Source: Candidatus Margulisiibacteriota bacterium
Lineage (GTDB): Bacteria; Margulisbacteria; Termititenacia; Termititenacales; Termititenacaceae
Direction of reading: 5' to 3'
DNA: 62,198 nt
NCBI GenBank assembly: GCA_031274525.1
Contig: JAISQA010000041.1
Location: 1 to 62,198 of the forward strand
How positions within the stretch are numbered: position 1 is the stretch's first letter; each line of letters begins with the position of its first letter. The notes below the pieces were generated by a model that was given only the letters and a program-made list of their open reading frames with translations, had not been told where the DNA came from and made no database searches. This document shows positions 15,782 to 28,100 of the stretch, in pieces. A program made the translations under genes and the position numbers.

Positions 15782-18700
15782 ATGAGGTTTTTATATTGCC
15801 AGACTTCGGGTGTTGCTGAACGGCGTGCATTACCCGGGGCAGGTTTACCGGCAAGACCGGCGGAGCGCGTTACGGCAAATGCCAGTATTTTAAATAATGC
15901 CGGAATAGATCAGCCCAATGATTTTCTCAAATATTTTGATAATAATGGAAAAATCAAAGATATTTCCGGGTTTGAAGAGTTTCTGAAAGCAAAAGGCTGG
16001 ACAGCAGCGGCTATTACGACAATGTTTGCCCAAAACGGCACCCAGTATTATTTTTTCAATGAAAGTTTTAAGAGTAAGAATGATCTAACGATCGCTGATT
16101 TTCAGGAGTTTATAACCAGCCAAATTGTGCGTTATGCCAGGGCCAATCCCGGCGCCGCGGCAGATAAGCCGTGGTACAAATTTGACAGTTATAATATTGT
16201 GCCGACAGTGAATGAAACTGCGTTAAGAACTGCCCTGCTGAATACCGATCAAACTAAAATCCCGACGGAGATTAAAAAGCAATATTGTCTTCTTGACGAC
16301 AGCAATAATGTAATCGGAATAAAAGAAAATTGTGCGGATTATTTGCTGGTGGCCTTGATAAAAAATAAGGGCGAGGAATATTACAACAGCAAATTTAGCG
16401 GCGCGGCGGGTAATGCGTACAGGGTGTTTAAGACGCCGGAGGACTGGGGGGTGTTTTTGGCGGGTTTGCTGCCGGCGAGGGCAGCGGGCGATATTATCGG
16501 AGGAATAGAGGTTAATAATGATGAAGAAGGCACAGGAACAACAAGAGGTCTGAATGAGAGCCTTGATCTAGAAAGCTTAGATCCAGAAACTGCTGCTGAA
16601 CTAAGTGCGGGAAAGAAATTGCTGACAGAATATAAGGAAATACTAGATCCTGCTAAACAAAGTTCTTATCAGAGATATAGTAAGGCTGAAAATGAAGCAA
16701 AGAACGCTATTGCTAAGGCTGAAGCGGACGATGCTACTACAGAAGATCAACAAAAAGCTCTACAGGCTCAGTTAATATTTGAGCAAGCCGAGTTGGCCAT
16801 GCAGAAAGAGATAGCTAAAAAAATAGCAGATAGAGGATACACCATTGAAGAAGTAAAAAATATACTGGCTGCTGTTTGCGTTAATCCATATGAAATCGAT
16901 AATATGGAAAAGGTAATAGAGCTTTATTTTAGCGTAATGTCTGCCGACGAGAGATTTAACCAAACGCAGGTTGAGGCAGATATAGCCGCCGTAGAAGCTA
17001 AAATACCGGACACATATCTCAATCAATATGGGCAGGAAAAAACGGATGTAGTTCAGTCGCTAAGATATGGGCTATATGCTAAATTATTTGAGTATAATCC
17101 GACAACTGAAAGCCTGAATAATTATATAGATGCTTTGGAGAGGTATTTGCCGGCAGACTACAGCGAGTCTGGACAATCCAGAGCAGAGATACTCTCTAAA
17201 GCGAAGGCTCAAGGACAAGTGTGGATTAAGGATAGACAGGTGGCTATTGAGTTTGATAAGTATAACCAGGCATGGCAGAAATTGTATGGAGAAAATGGAC
17301 AACCAATAGAAAATAATTATACTATAGAAAATGTCCGTGCCTTTGAAGCTGCTGCTAAAAATTTACAAGCAGTGATTTCTGCTATAGACCAGAGATATAA
17401 GACAGAGAATATGAATAATATCCAAGTTCTTGCAGAAGAAAGTCTTGCAGACCTGCCCGTGATGTATGCAGATGTCTATGTATATAGAATGTTTAATGTT
17501 GTTGACGGTCAATATGTTATTGACCCTGATGGCGTTAATGAGGCCGATATAAATAAGCTTAAAGAAATTATAAATAGCAGTAGTTTTGAAAGGGATAAAA
17601 GTTATGGCGATGAGACTACGTATGGCCGCCACTATGACAGCCTGTTAACTGTGGCTGAGCAGGAGCTTAACAAAAAATCTGCGGGGGAAACGGCTGATAA
17701 AAAAACACCGATCAGGGTAGCGGGAGAAGATGAGGCTGAAGCTGCGCGTCGTAGAGCCAGAGAGGACGGGGAAGCCGTTGCTTTGCAAAGGGCAGTGCAT
17801 AAGGAAAATATAGAAAATTTTTTAAGTGTATATAACGCGTTTGCGGGGGTGGGGTCGCTTACTGCCGCTGAACTTAAACAGCCTGTTGATAATTTTCTGG
17901 ATTTTATCAATAGCCAAGCATGCAGCAGCGCGGTGCTTAATGAAAAACTTAGCGATGAGAAATCAATTGCCGAGCATATTCATATTCGTTTGATGGACAT
18001 TATAGAGTGGCACAGTGTTGATAACAGCATAGCGGATAGTACAACTTATTTGCCAAAAATCCTGGCCGGATTTAATAAACTTAAAGAACAGGATAGCACG
18101 TGGAATTTGGATAATATAGCGCAGCTTTTGACAATACACTATAAGACGCCTGTAACCGTAAGCGCTGAGGGCAGGCTGGTTAACAACGCAGGGCAGGCAA
18201 CCGAGCAACAAAGAGTTGAAACAAGGGCTTCCAGTGGCACAGCGAGAAGTCAGCCGCTTTCGTCCTGGTCGAGACCTGCAACCTCTCCCTGGGGTAATGT
18301 AACTGTGTCTGGACTGGATAATGGCAATGGACTGAATGGACGGCTTAAAGTGGTTAAACGTGATGGAACAGCGCTGGGCGAGTTCCCGATGGGCGACTGG
18401 GTGGGTAGCAGCGGGCGCAGGTTTACCTATACTGATGGGCAAGAATATGTCTTGAGTTATGCAAATGGCTGGAAAATAGAGGCGCTGGCTGCCGGACAGC
18501 CGGGCACAGCGGCGAGCAGTGCGCCGGCTGCGGGGGGGCGGACAAATAGCGGGACCCCGGTGGTATCTGATGCCCCGCAGAAATATGCGGCAGGCAGTGA
18601 TCTTTTTGCGCTGGGCGGCACACAATACAGGCTCAGCGGCGCTATCATTTACTGGAATGATCTCGGTACCCGGAATTACGGAACATCTTATTATAAATGG

Positions 18701-18844
18701 CTGGGAAATAATAAAGTGAGATATGAAAGACCCGGACATGCGGACAATGGCAAGGAATATAATATAGTGAATGGTCAATTAGTTTTGGTTCAAAATATAA
18801 CAACGGGGCGAGCATCCACCGAAGATATTCCCACTGGCTTGTAA
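15782..18844 (+). CDS. 1,020-aa acidic protein of unknown function with a C-terminal Gly/aromatic module shared with the giant ORF
   Basis: GAGGAG SD. It is a long ORF in AT-rich DNA with no signal peptide and no known motifs. The C-terminus carries GRRFTY..YVLSYANGWKIE. Confidence 0.8.
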   Translation: MRFLYCQTSGVAERRALPGAGLPARPAERVTANASILNNAGIDQPNDFLKYFDNNGKIKDISGFEEFLKAKGWTAAAITTMFAQNGTQYYFFNESFKSKNDLTIADFQEFITSQIVRYARANPGAAADKPWYKFDSYNIVPTVNETALRTALLNTDQTKIPTEIKKQYCLLDDSNNVIGIKENCADYLLVALIKNKGEEYYNSKFSGAAGNAYRVFKTPEDWGVFLAGLLPARAAGDIIGGIEVNNDEEGTGTTRGLNESLDLESLDPETAAELSAGKKLLTEYKEILDPAKQSSYQRYSKAENEAKNAIAKAEADDATTEDQQKALQAQLIFEQAELAMQKEIAKKIADRGYTIEEVKNILAAVCVNPYEIDNMEKVIELYFSVMSADERFNQTQVEADIAAVEAKIPDTYLNQYGQEKTDVVQSLRYGLYAKLFEYNPTTESLNNYIDALERYLPADYSESGQSRAEILSKAKAQGQVWIKDRQVAIEFDKYNQAWQKLYGENGQPIENNYTIENVRAFEAAAKNLQAVISAIDQRYKTENMNNIQVLAEESLADLPVMYADVYVYRMFNVVDGQYVIDPDGVNEADINKLKEIINSSSFERDKSYGDETTYGRHYDSLLTVAEQELNKKSAGETADKKTPIRVAGEDEAEAARRRAREDGEAVALQRAVHKENIENFLSVYNAFAGVGSLTAAELKQPVDNFLDFINSQACSSAVLNEKLSDEKSIAEHIHIRLMDIIEWHSVDNSIADSTTYLPKILAGFNKLKEQDSTWNLDNIAQLLTIHYKTPVTVSAEGRLVNNAGQATEQQRVETRASSGTARSQPLSSWSRPATSPWGNVTVSGLDNGNGLNGRLKVVKRDGTALGEFPMGDWVGSSGRRFTYTDGQEYVLSYANGWKIEALAAGQPGTAASSAPAAGGRTNSGTPVVSDAPQKYAAGSDLFALGGTQYRLSGAIIYWNDLGTRNYGTSYYKWLGNNKVRYERPGHADNGKEYNIVNGQLVLVQNITTGRASTEDIPTGL

Positions 18845-19008
18845 AAATACCATTTCTTGTCCCGGTTACTACTTATGGAACCGGTCGATGGCAAATGGGG
18901 TGAAAACACAAAAAAATATAAAGTCCTTTCGTTAAATATAGCATGCAAGTTTCTGCTTGATTTCATCGATATATAAGTTGTATTCGGGAGTGTGAGGAAG
19001 TTTTTTGA

Positions 19009-19068
19009 AAAGGACAATTCTTAGCGCCAGTCGTAATTGGCTGGCGAGAGAATTGTCCTTTTTTGTTT
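19009..19068 (+). terminator. long-stem Rho-independent terminator
   Basis: AAAGGACAATTCT ... AGAATTGTCCTTT stem with an inner CGCCAG/CTGGCG stem, followed by TTTTGTTTG. Confidence 0.6.
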
Positions 19069-19127
19069 GTCTGGCAGGTATAAGTGCTAGAGAAAGGGGG
19101 AATAATGATTAATAAGGAGAAATCAAT

Positions 19128-22100
19128 ATGTCGGAAATAGTAAGTCTGCCTAAATATATTCCGCAAAGTAATGAGCTTAAAATCAATGGTGAAATATCCA
19201 GAGGAGAAGAAGCCAGATACGGCGCGGCTCTGAATGCGATTCTGGCGGACGATAATCCGCTCAGAGTGTCGATGGAAAATAGTTTTAACACAGAGAATTT
19301 AACTCCGCTGGAGACCAGACTTTTACTGGTGGCCTTGCTTAAAACAGCTGATTTTTATAACCCGGATGTGCTTTGGTTTGTTCAGGAACTTTTGTCCGTC
19401 AATGGTCAGGATATTCAGAGTCTTGGTCTGGGGCAGCTAAAAAATGCGGTGGTTGATTTACTGGATAAAAATTCTCCAGCGGTGAGTGCGCAGATTAAAT
19501 CTATAGCGGAACGGATCGTCACCGAGCACGAGCAGGGCCTGGCTTCCAGCCTTGATGCTCGAACTAAAGCGGAATTAAAATATTTTGCCGGTGAGGTGGA
19601 AATTGGCAAAATCAGCCAGCTGGAAGCTTTTGCGGTAAATTTTGTAGAAACAGAATTACTCGGCATGCGGTTTTCCAGAGAGGAAGTTTTAGATATAGCG
19701 GAGCGGATAACGGCCGGAAAAAAACTCTCGGATTCTATTAAGTTCGCATTGAAAGCTTTTGCCGGAGATGCGGATCTCAGTACTGTGAGCAAGCTGATAG
19801 AATTTGCCAATGCGCTGGAGCCGCTGCCGGAAGTAAGCTTGGCGGAAGTGGAGCAAGAAGAAATAACGGAAGGGCCGGATATTCAAGAAACAAACGAGGG
19901 ACATAATGCTCAGCCCGGAAATGCGCCGCAACGCCGTGCTTACAGAACGAGATACACCGCTCCGGCCAGGTATACTCCGCCCGAGTCTGATGATAAACCA
20001 ATTATTCGTTATACACTGGAAGAGCTCGGCGAATATATAAAAGAGAATAGCTCCCCTATTAGCAGGACAATATCTGCCGAATATTATGAAAAATTTATGA
20101 CTGACGGTAAAATAGACCCGCTGAAGTTAGTAGAATATCGTAGTGCCAGATATTATCCAAATTTTTATGCGCGCATGATGATTAATTATATATGCGGGGG
20201 CGATAGAGAAATACTGCGTGCCTTTAATCCAGATGGTTCGCTCAATGAGAATCCGCTAACCGACAACGAAAAGCGTGGCTTGCATGAACGGGCTGTTGCC
20301 GCGGGAGTGTTGCGCGGTAATTATGAACAAGCTCAAGTTATTGCCAAATCCTTGAAAGTACCTCTGGCCATGCTGGAAAATATTACGGATGTATTATACG
20401 TTGAGAAGTTTAAAGATACAGAACTATATAAGCTGATTAGCTGGTATAAAGAGAATGATATTCCTGCGCCGCCGGAATTAATCTTAAGGTATGCTTCTTC
20501 CGCAGAGGTGGCTGAATTAAAAGAAATCAAAATCTGGCTTGGCCGGCCGGTCAAGGTGCCGTGGCCGGACGGGGAACAGGCTGACCTCTGGGAATTGTAT
20601 AAAACGCAATATCAATCCTATATAAAACTGTTAGACGATTTGAACCAGCTTGACTGTTATATATCAGACGTTGAATATGAAGAGATTACCTTTCAAAGTC
20701 CGGACGGAAGGAAAGTCAGCGATTTTGTTCTAAGCGAAGTATTTAGCCGATTTTGCGCGGGTTCTGTATATGGCGATATGAAAACCATTCTGTTTGATTC
20801 TACCCAAATGGATATAGAGAAGCTGATGCAGTTGTGGTCTGAATATCTGGAACATATTAAAACTAATCGTCCGCTGGCAGAACAGATGCCGGGAATTGAC
20901 AATCTGTACAAAGAGCCGATGAGAATGCCCCTGCCGGTGGATTTTATCCGCTTTGTGTTTGAAAGGGTGAATTTTCTTAGCGCTGAATCCAAAGCAAGTC
21001 TGCTGCGTTCTATTTCTCTGGCCGGGCTGAACAATTTTCGGCTGGAAGAGTATAACCCGGTGATTGAGCAAATTACGGCCTTAGGCGCGCCCGTAATGAA
21101 TTCCGCGGAAGTGAAACGCTATGCTAATTCAGCTTTTTTGGAAGCCGCTTCGCCTTATCGAATATATGGCAGTCTTACGCTGGATCAAATAACCAGACTG
21201 CTCTCCGGGAACAGGACAGTCGATGTAAAAAAATTCCTGTCTCCGCTGACGGATAATTTTCTGTTAAATATGCGCCAGGCATTGATGCTTAGTGATTATG
21301 AACAGGGCTTCCGGGAGGGTGCCAGCCCGGATATTCTGGTGCAAAAAAGACAAAATTATAAAACCATGCAGGTATTTTTACAGAAATATCCTTCTCTTTA
21401 TACGATAGAACATAAGAGCGGTGAATTTCAGCAGGAATTATTAGTAATATTAAAAGCAATGAGCTCCTGCGCAAAAAACGGCGCGTTGCTGCTGGATTAT
21501 GATAGTTATTTCATTAATAGCCTGGCCAATTTGATCTATATCGCGGCGTTTACGGCCTGTGATGATGAAGTCCAGTGCGATGACTTTATAAAAAGCGTCC
21601 TGCCATATATGCAGGATATAGAGACAGCGCTGCAAAATATAGATAGAGAAGAGTATGAACTGCATACTATAGACACAGAAGGGCAGCGGAGGGAGGGCGG
21701 CGATTATGCGACGTTTAAGGCTATTTTAGCCGACATACTTCTCTATAATGAAGGAGGTTTATCTCATATTAGGGAATACAGAGCAGCCATTGAGGAGAAT
21801 CTTAAAGCCAGCCTTGATGTTTTGTCAGATGTATATTCCACAGTCGGTTATTCTAAAGAAGATATAGAAGCTTTTAATCAAATAGTAAATACTTATCTGC
21901 ATCTGCCGCAGCATCCGGAAATTTTAGAGCAGGATATAGAAGAAGATATACGGATTATCCTTTTATATATAATGAAAGATGTAGCTCCTGAAGAATCTGC
22001 AGATACTGTTATTTCACCGACAGATCTACAGCGCAGCGCGCTGGTTAGAGAAACAATCCGGTTTTATGAACAAACCAAAAAAGCCCTGGCCAACCAGGAG

Positions 22101-25100
22101 GATAATTTAACAATATTGATGAATATCCTATTCAATTTCATAGTCATATTGCGACAGGGAATACGTGCAGGACAGACATTGGATTTGCTGAATGGCGGTG
22201 ATAGCGCAACTTATGCTTCTATACTGGATGCTTTCGTGGAAGATAAATATGAAGAACTGGATACCAATGGGGACGGGGTGGTTGACACTATGAATATGCG
22301 CCCGGAGTCGGAGCGAACCAATCCTCTGGCAGATTTAGAAGCCTATTCTGAAAACGAACTGAGGTACTTCTCCGGGGCGCTTTATTATGGCCGGGACAAG
22401 CTGAAAAATCTCACAACCTATGCAGAAGCAAAGGCTTTTTATACAGCTCTTGCCGGGCTCCAGCCGCCGCCGTCCGGGCTGGAAACCTTTGGCCGTAATT
22501 TTGCGGCTGATTTTGCGGATAGGCATAGACTCTGGACATACGAACGGCACATAGAGTTTTTAATTGCCGGAGAAAACATTCTGACTGGTTTGGACAAAAA
22601 TACAAAGGAGCAGCTGCTTAAAAAACTCAAATTGAGCGACTCTTTCCTGCATAATAAAAGTATAAATATAATAAGTCTGCTGTTTCTCAAAAGCACCAGC
22701 GGAAACGTGTATCAGACGGCGCGCAAAAATACAGAGGCCGGGCTGAAAAATACTCTTGCTCAGAAAGCGGCCTCCGCAATTGATGCGGTATTTCAGACAG
22801 CGGCTGGCACGGATTGGTCAATGACCAAAGAATATATCGACGAGATATACCATACTTACGATACATACAGACGGCAGGATGTAACCTTCAAATCTTTAGT
22901 AAATCAATTGAGCACAGTGAAGACGATTAATGAAGGATTAATGGCTGGTGAGAATCTGCTGTATGGCGGTCACGGGGGTATAGCCATAAACGGCGGAACA
23001 GATCCATACAGAAAAGAAAATGAAAATGCCTTGGCTACGGCGGCGTTTACTCCCTATCGAAAACTGATCGAACTAGCGGTACGTTTTAATATTCAGGTGC
23101 CGATCTATGTTTATTTTACTCTGCCGCTGGATATTGTCAGAGACCTGTGTGATTTTTTTAGCAATTTGGACAGCCCCGATCGCTGGAACGCACTGATGAA
23201 TGCCGGGTCCAGGGTTGTGGAAATGGCGACCTGGAGAATGACGATTATTAACTGGCTGAAAGAATTCTTTGAGAAAATGGCGGCTGGTCAGTACCTGGAG
23301 GCGTTTTGTTCGTTGTATGTTACGCTGTCTATTGGGCAGGGCTTGTTTAAAAAGACGCTGGATCTGGTAACTCTCAAATCACCCAAAAATGCCGGACTGC
23401 GCTTGCTGGACACCTGCGGCAGGCTGCTGGGGAGAGAAACAGTTCGTCATCTGAATACAAAAACCTTAAATGCCGAAATTGAATTACTGGGTAAATCCCC
23501 GGAGGCCCCGGAGCTTGCCGCCTGGAAAAGGGCTATGCAGAAGTTATCCGGTTTGTCTAAATATGGTTTGTATCAACTGACCGAATCTGCGTATAAACTG
23601 GATGCCAGCGTTGTCCGCGATCGTCTTGACGCGGTGTACAAAGAAGCGCAAAAAGCCGATGCGCCGATGCAGGAGAGGCTCTATCTCGGAGATTTGGCGG
23701 CAAACTATCCCGGACCATCAGAGATAAAGGAAGCAACGGTTAACCAGGCAGGAGCCGTTGTTAATGGCATGGCGACCTGGGGCTGGTTTGGCGTGCGTAA
23801 AAGTTTTGGTCTGTTTTCACATGGAGTCAATTGGGCTGTAAGCAATGTCTCTGTACCCGCTTTGCTCAAGAGCGCCAACGCCGGCTTGTTTAACAGCATA
23901 GAATACAACAACAGCATGAATTTTTTCTACAATGCCGGACGGAAATATATATTTAGACATGGGGTATCCATAGGTGTTGGCAATCATAGGGTTGGTTTTG
24001 GTCTGGGTAATTACGGGCATTTTTTCAATTTTTCTTACGGTAAGCATACCGGTCGGTTTAAGAAGATACGCCTTTTTTCTCCGGTTACCTTGAATAAAAC
24101 AATGATAGAAAGCGCCCAGGAACGTTTAACTAAATACCTTGATGACTATCTCCGGGATGAAATGGAGCGCAACCCGGAACTTGAGTCGGCGCTTAAAGCC
24201 CAGTACTTCAAAGAACATCCGGACGTTCAAAGCGTGTCGGTCGAGGAGTTGTTGAAATATCAGGCGGACAATCTGCCTGTGGCGAGAATACGCGAATTGG
24301 CCAGTGAATTCTGGCGCGGGGCCCTGCTGCCGGATATGCGCACGGAGCTTAAAGCTAATGTTGAAGGCGTAAGCGTAAAGGACGGCAAGACAGTATTAGA
24401 AAAAACAGACGCTATGGATAAAGTAGAACCGGTCAGCACGCAGGAAATAAAAGATGGTTTTACGATTACCTGGCGGGAAAGAATAGCAGGAGACAGCTAT
24501 GAAACTAAAACTGCCAGAATTTCTAACTGGGGGGAGGCCAAAGAGCAGATTGAAAGAATAATGCGCTCTATTAGTTCTCCGGCAGACGCTAAAGCGGCTC
24601 TGCCGGATTTGCTGAAACTGTATTCGGTGGCTTACCATGAAGCAAATAAACTGTTGTCGCCGCCTAAAGATTTGACCCTGCTGAAATCCCAAATGGCAAC
24701 GGATTATGAAATCCTGAAACAGTGCATAGACGGGAAAGAGATTGTCGCTGCTCAGCTGGTGGCTGGAGGCGGAAAAACAGTGACCGGAATTATCGGCATG
24801 CGCATAATGCAGAATTTAATGGGAAAGAAAGACCCGGCAACCGGCAGATATATTATTGAGCCGGCGCCTATCGTGTATGTGGTGCCGCAGGATTCTCTGC
24901 TGGCAGAAATTCTGGAAAAGAACAAAGACGCGCATCAATTGCTTAAATTATTATTTGATGGCGATATCGGCAAAGGTTTTGATGTGATTGAAACTGTTGA
25001 ACAGCGCATGGTTCCGGGCCGGATTACTTATATTTCTTTGCAGACATTATTTTTCAAGTTTATTAGCAATCCGGGGTCGCTGCCCTCCTCAAAGATCGCT

Positions 25101-28100
25101 TATATCTGGGATGAATTTGATAAGTACTTTTTCTTGGATTCGGATTTTATCAGCACGCAGCCGCGTTCAGATGTACCCTGGATACGCCAGCTTTCCAGAA
25201 CTGCCGTGCGGCACACTCTGGAAAAAATAGCAGAGAATATTGATAAGGCTTTAGGCATGGAAAATAAGAATCTTTTTATGGAAATAAGTAAACGTATTCA
25301 GGATGATCCTGCTTGCCGGACGCCAGAAGATGTGCTGGCTAAATTTCCAAACTGGAATAGCCTGCCCGCGGTAGAACAGGCATATCTAAAACAAATTATC
25401 ACGGCGGTATATAGAGCCAGAGGGCTATACTACGATCAATACCCGGAGCATCCTAAGAGCAGAACTAATGATGTTTTTCGGATGGCAGAATTGGATATAG
25501 ATCCTAAAACCGGCGCTGTCTATATGAAACCCGGCGGGGAAATTCAAAAAGATCTGAAAATGAATTATGAGGATAATATTTTCTTAAAGCTGGCGCTGGA
25601 TGCAATATGGAAAATGGATGAGGGATATTTCAAAAAAGAAGAAATAAATATAAAGAAAATAGAGCTGAATATTTCGCAGATCAATGAAACCTTGATGAAG
25701 GTCGGTATACCTCAGCTGATGCATGAGACAGCCGGCCGAATTATTGGCCTGACCGGCACTCTGCAGGAATCCCTGTCGATTATTAGGCCGCTACTGGATC
25801 AAATGTCGTCCCTGCGGGGCAGATCCTGGGATTGCTTCTTCTTCAAATCCTGGGAGACTTTTCCTACCTTTACCCTGAATAAGGACAATATTGTAAATTT
25901 TTTACGCAATCCCGGTTCTTATACAAAAGAAATCGCAGATATTTATGCCAAATATGCTAAGGATAAAACAGCACTGGGCACATTTAAGTTATTTGTAGAT
26001 AACGTGCGGGTCAATGAACCTATCATCGCCGGTAATAAATTATATGTGACCGTAGGCGGGGAACAGATCGAATATGCTTATACGGAGAGAGAGAATAAAC
26101 AATATGTAACAATCGGAAATAAAGAATATGAATATACCGGAAATATTTTAGATGTGTTGCTGCGCGCGCAGCTGGATGCTTTGCCCCCGGACATTGCGGG
26201 CAGGCCGCCCTCTACGCCTGAATTAAAGACTGTGGACTACCGCGGTATATATGTTAGCCCGGATTCTAAAATTCCGGCGACTAGAAAGGATAGTCTGAAC
26301 CTGGCTGCCGCAGAAACGGTAAAACAAATTTATGAGATTGATAAAAATACAGGTGGCATTACTTTTAAGACCACAGCTTTGCTGGACTGGAATATGTTAA
26401 ATCGAGCGGATATTACTATTTTAAGAGAAGCGCTGGTTGCCGCGGTCAAAGACGCGCTGGGAGGAAAACAAACAGTATTGGTGGACTTGGATGGCAAAGG
26501 CCAGAAGAGCCTTTCTCCGAAAGAATTTATCGATAAAGTTTTTTTGGCGGATATCGACGCTAAAGGAGATCCGGTTAAAATGAGCGATATTCGCGAGGCT
26601 GCTACGCGCAAAGGCACTATATTGGCCTTGAGCTGGGCTAACCGCGGCACGGACTTTGGCTGGAAGGCGGATCCCTATATTGGCGTTCTTGGCTTCACGC
26701 CTTTGAAAGCTAATCTGGTCCAGACTGTATTCCGCGGCCCACGTTTCAAACTGGGCGCTGTAGTTGATTATTACATTTCTGCCGAAGATATAGGCTCTTA
26801 TTTAAATATGCGCGAGGGTTATCTCGATATTAAAATTGACGGCCAGGACGTCAATTTAAGAAACAGCTGGAATTCTGTTCAAGAGCAGTGCCGCAATGTT
26901 CCTGCGGAAGAATTCTTTAAACAGAATCCTGCTTTTCTCAATGAATGGCAAAACTTGCAGGCGCAAAGCGTTAAAGCTAAAGCACAGGATGTAGAAGCCA
27001 GAAGACTGCTAATGGCCGAGTTTCTGCGGCAGAATGCTGAATTTGCCAAATATGAATGGCCGCGGATACAACAAGCAGGCAAAGGTAAAAAAGACTTTGA
27101 CCCGATAAATGAATTTTTCCGTCAGCACCCGGATAAACTTGCTGCGTGGCAGGATTTGCCTAAAACCTATCCTGAAACAGTCTTTTTAAATCAGCATCCC
27201 GAATTGGCCGCAGAGTGGCAGAAATTTCAAAAGCAGTATTATAAAGATCCAGTCCAGGAATATTTGGCTAAATATGAGGGGCACTTTGAACTTATTGAAG
27301 CAAGAAAAGCCTCGGCGATGAACAGCATTAATATTGATAATCTCCGGGATTATAGTTTAATCTATGCCGCCGGGGTCAAAGATTTTGCGGAATTTTATCG
27401 TCTAGCTATGGATAAGTATATAGATGTATGTATCAGCAGATTTTATTTTGCCTGTCCGCTTGGTCAAAAAATGACAGCGGAAACAATCAAACGCGGCATA
27501 GAAAATCTACGCACCGCGCTGGCGGAAATCGGCCTCTGGCACGTTAATCCGTTGTTTAATGGTGATTATAAGCGCTTGGTTGCGGACTTAGAAGCTAATC
27601 CGCTGGAAGCACGCAATATTATTAGAGCATTTATTCAAGAACAAAAAGGCTCTCTGCCGGATACGAACGGTCCATATCGGCAGGAAATGTTAAAAGCGCT
27701 GAATTATCGGTCAATATCTGAGGCAATATCTGAAAAAGAAATGCGTGAATTCAGGCGCGCAGGCGGAGATACCGGCAAATATACCGGCCCCGGAGATGAT
27801 CGTAAGCTTGTTTTTGATTTCAAGATCGCCCAGACAGTATTAAAGCCCGGACGGAAGACAGCGGTGTATACGCCGGAAATGTTGCAAAATAGTAATACTC
27901 TGCCCAGCCGGATTATTGTTGAGGTCAACAGCCAGGAAGATCTGACTACCCTCAAAGCATATTATGATAGCTTGAATTTCCGCCAGTATCCCGGCTTGCA
28001 GCGTGTTTTTGAGCAAAATATAGTTATCAGGCTTGGTCAGAATATGATTGATAGAACAGCGGACATTGCGCAAATTTTTCATATTTTTGATCCGAGCGTT

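Noticed and set aside
15318-15854. 178-aa minus-strand ORF spanning the tandem repeats
   Set aside because: Its sequence is just the translated repeats (RAQACQ... iterations). It would overlap the start of the 1,020-aa gene and has no SD. The region is better treated as a non-coding leader.
17963-18778. 271-aa minus-strand ORF inside the 3' part of the 1,020-aa gene
   Set aside because: It lies in the locally GC-richer C-terminal module region. It has no SD, and the plus-strand frame is continuous with a 3-kb ORF.
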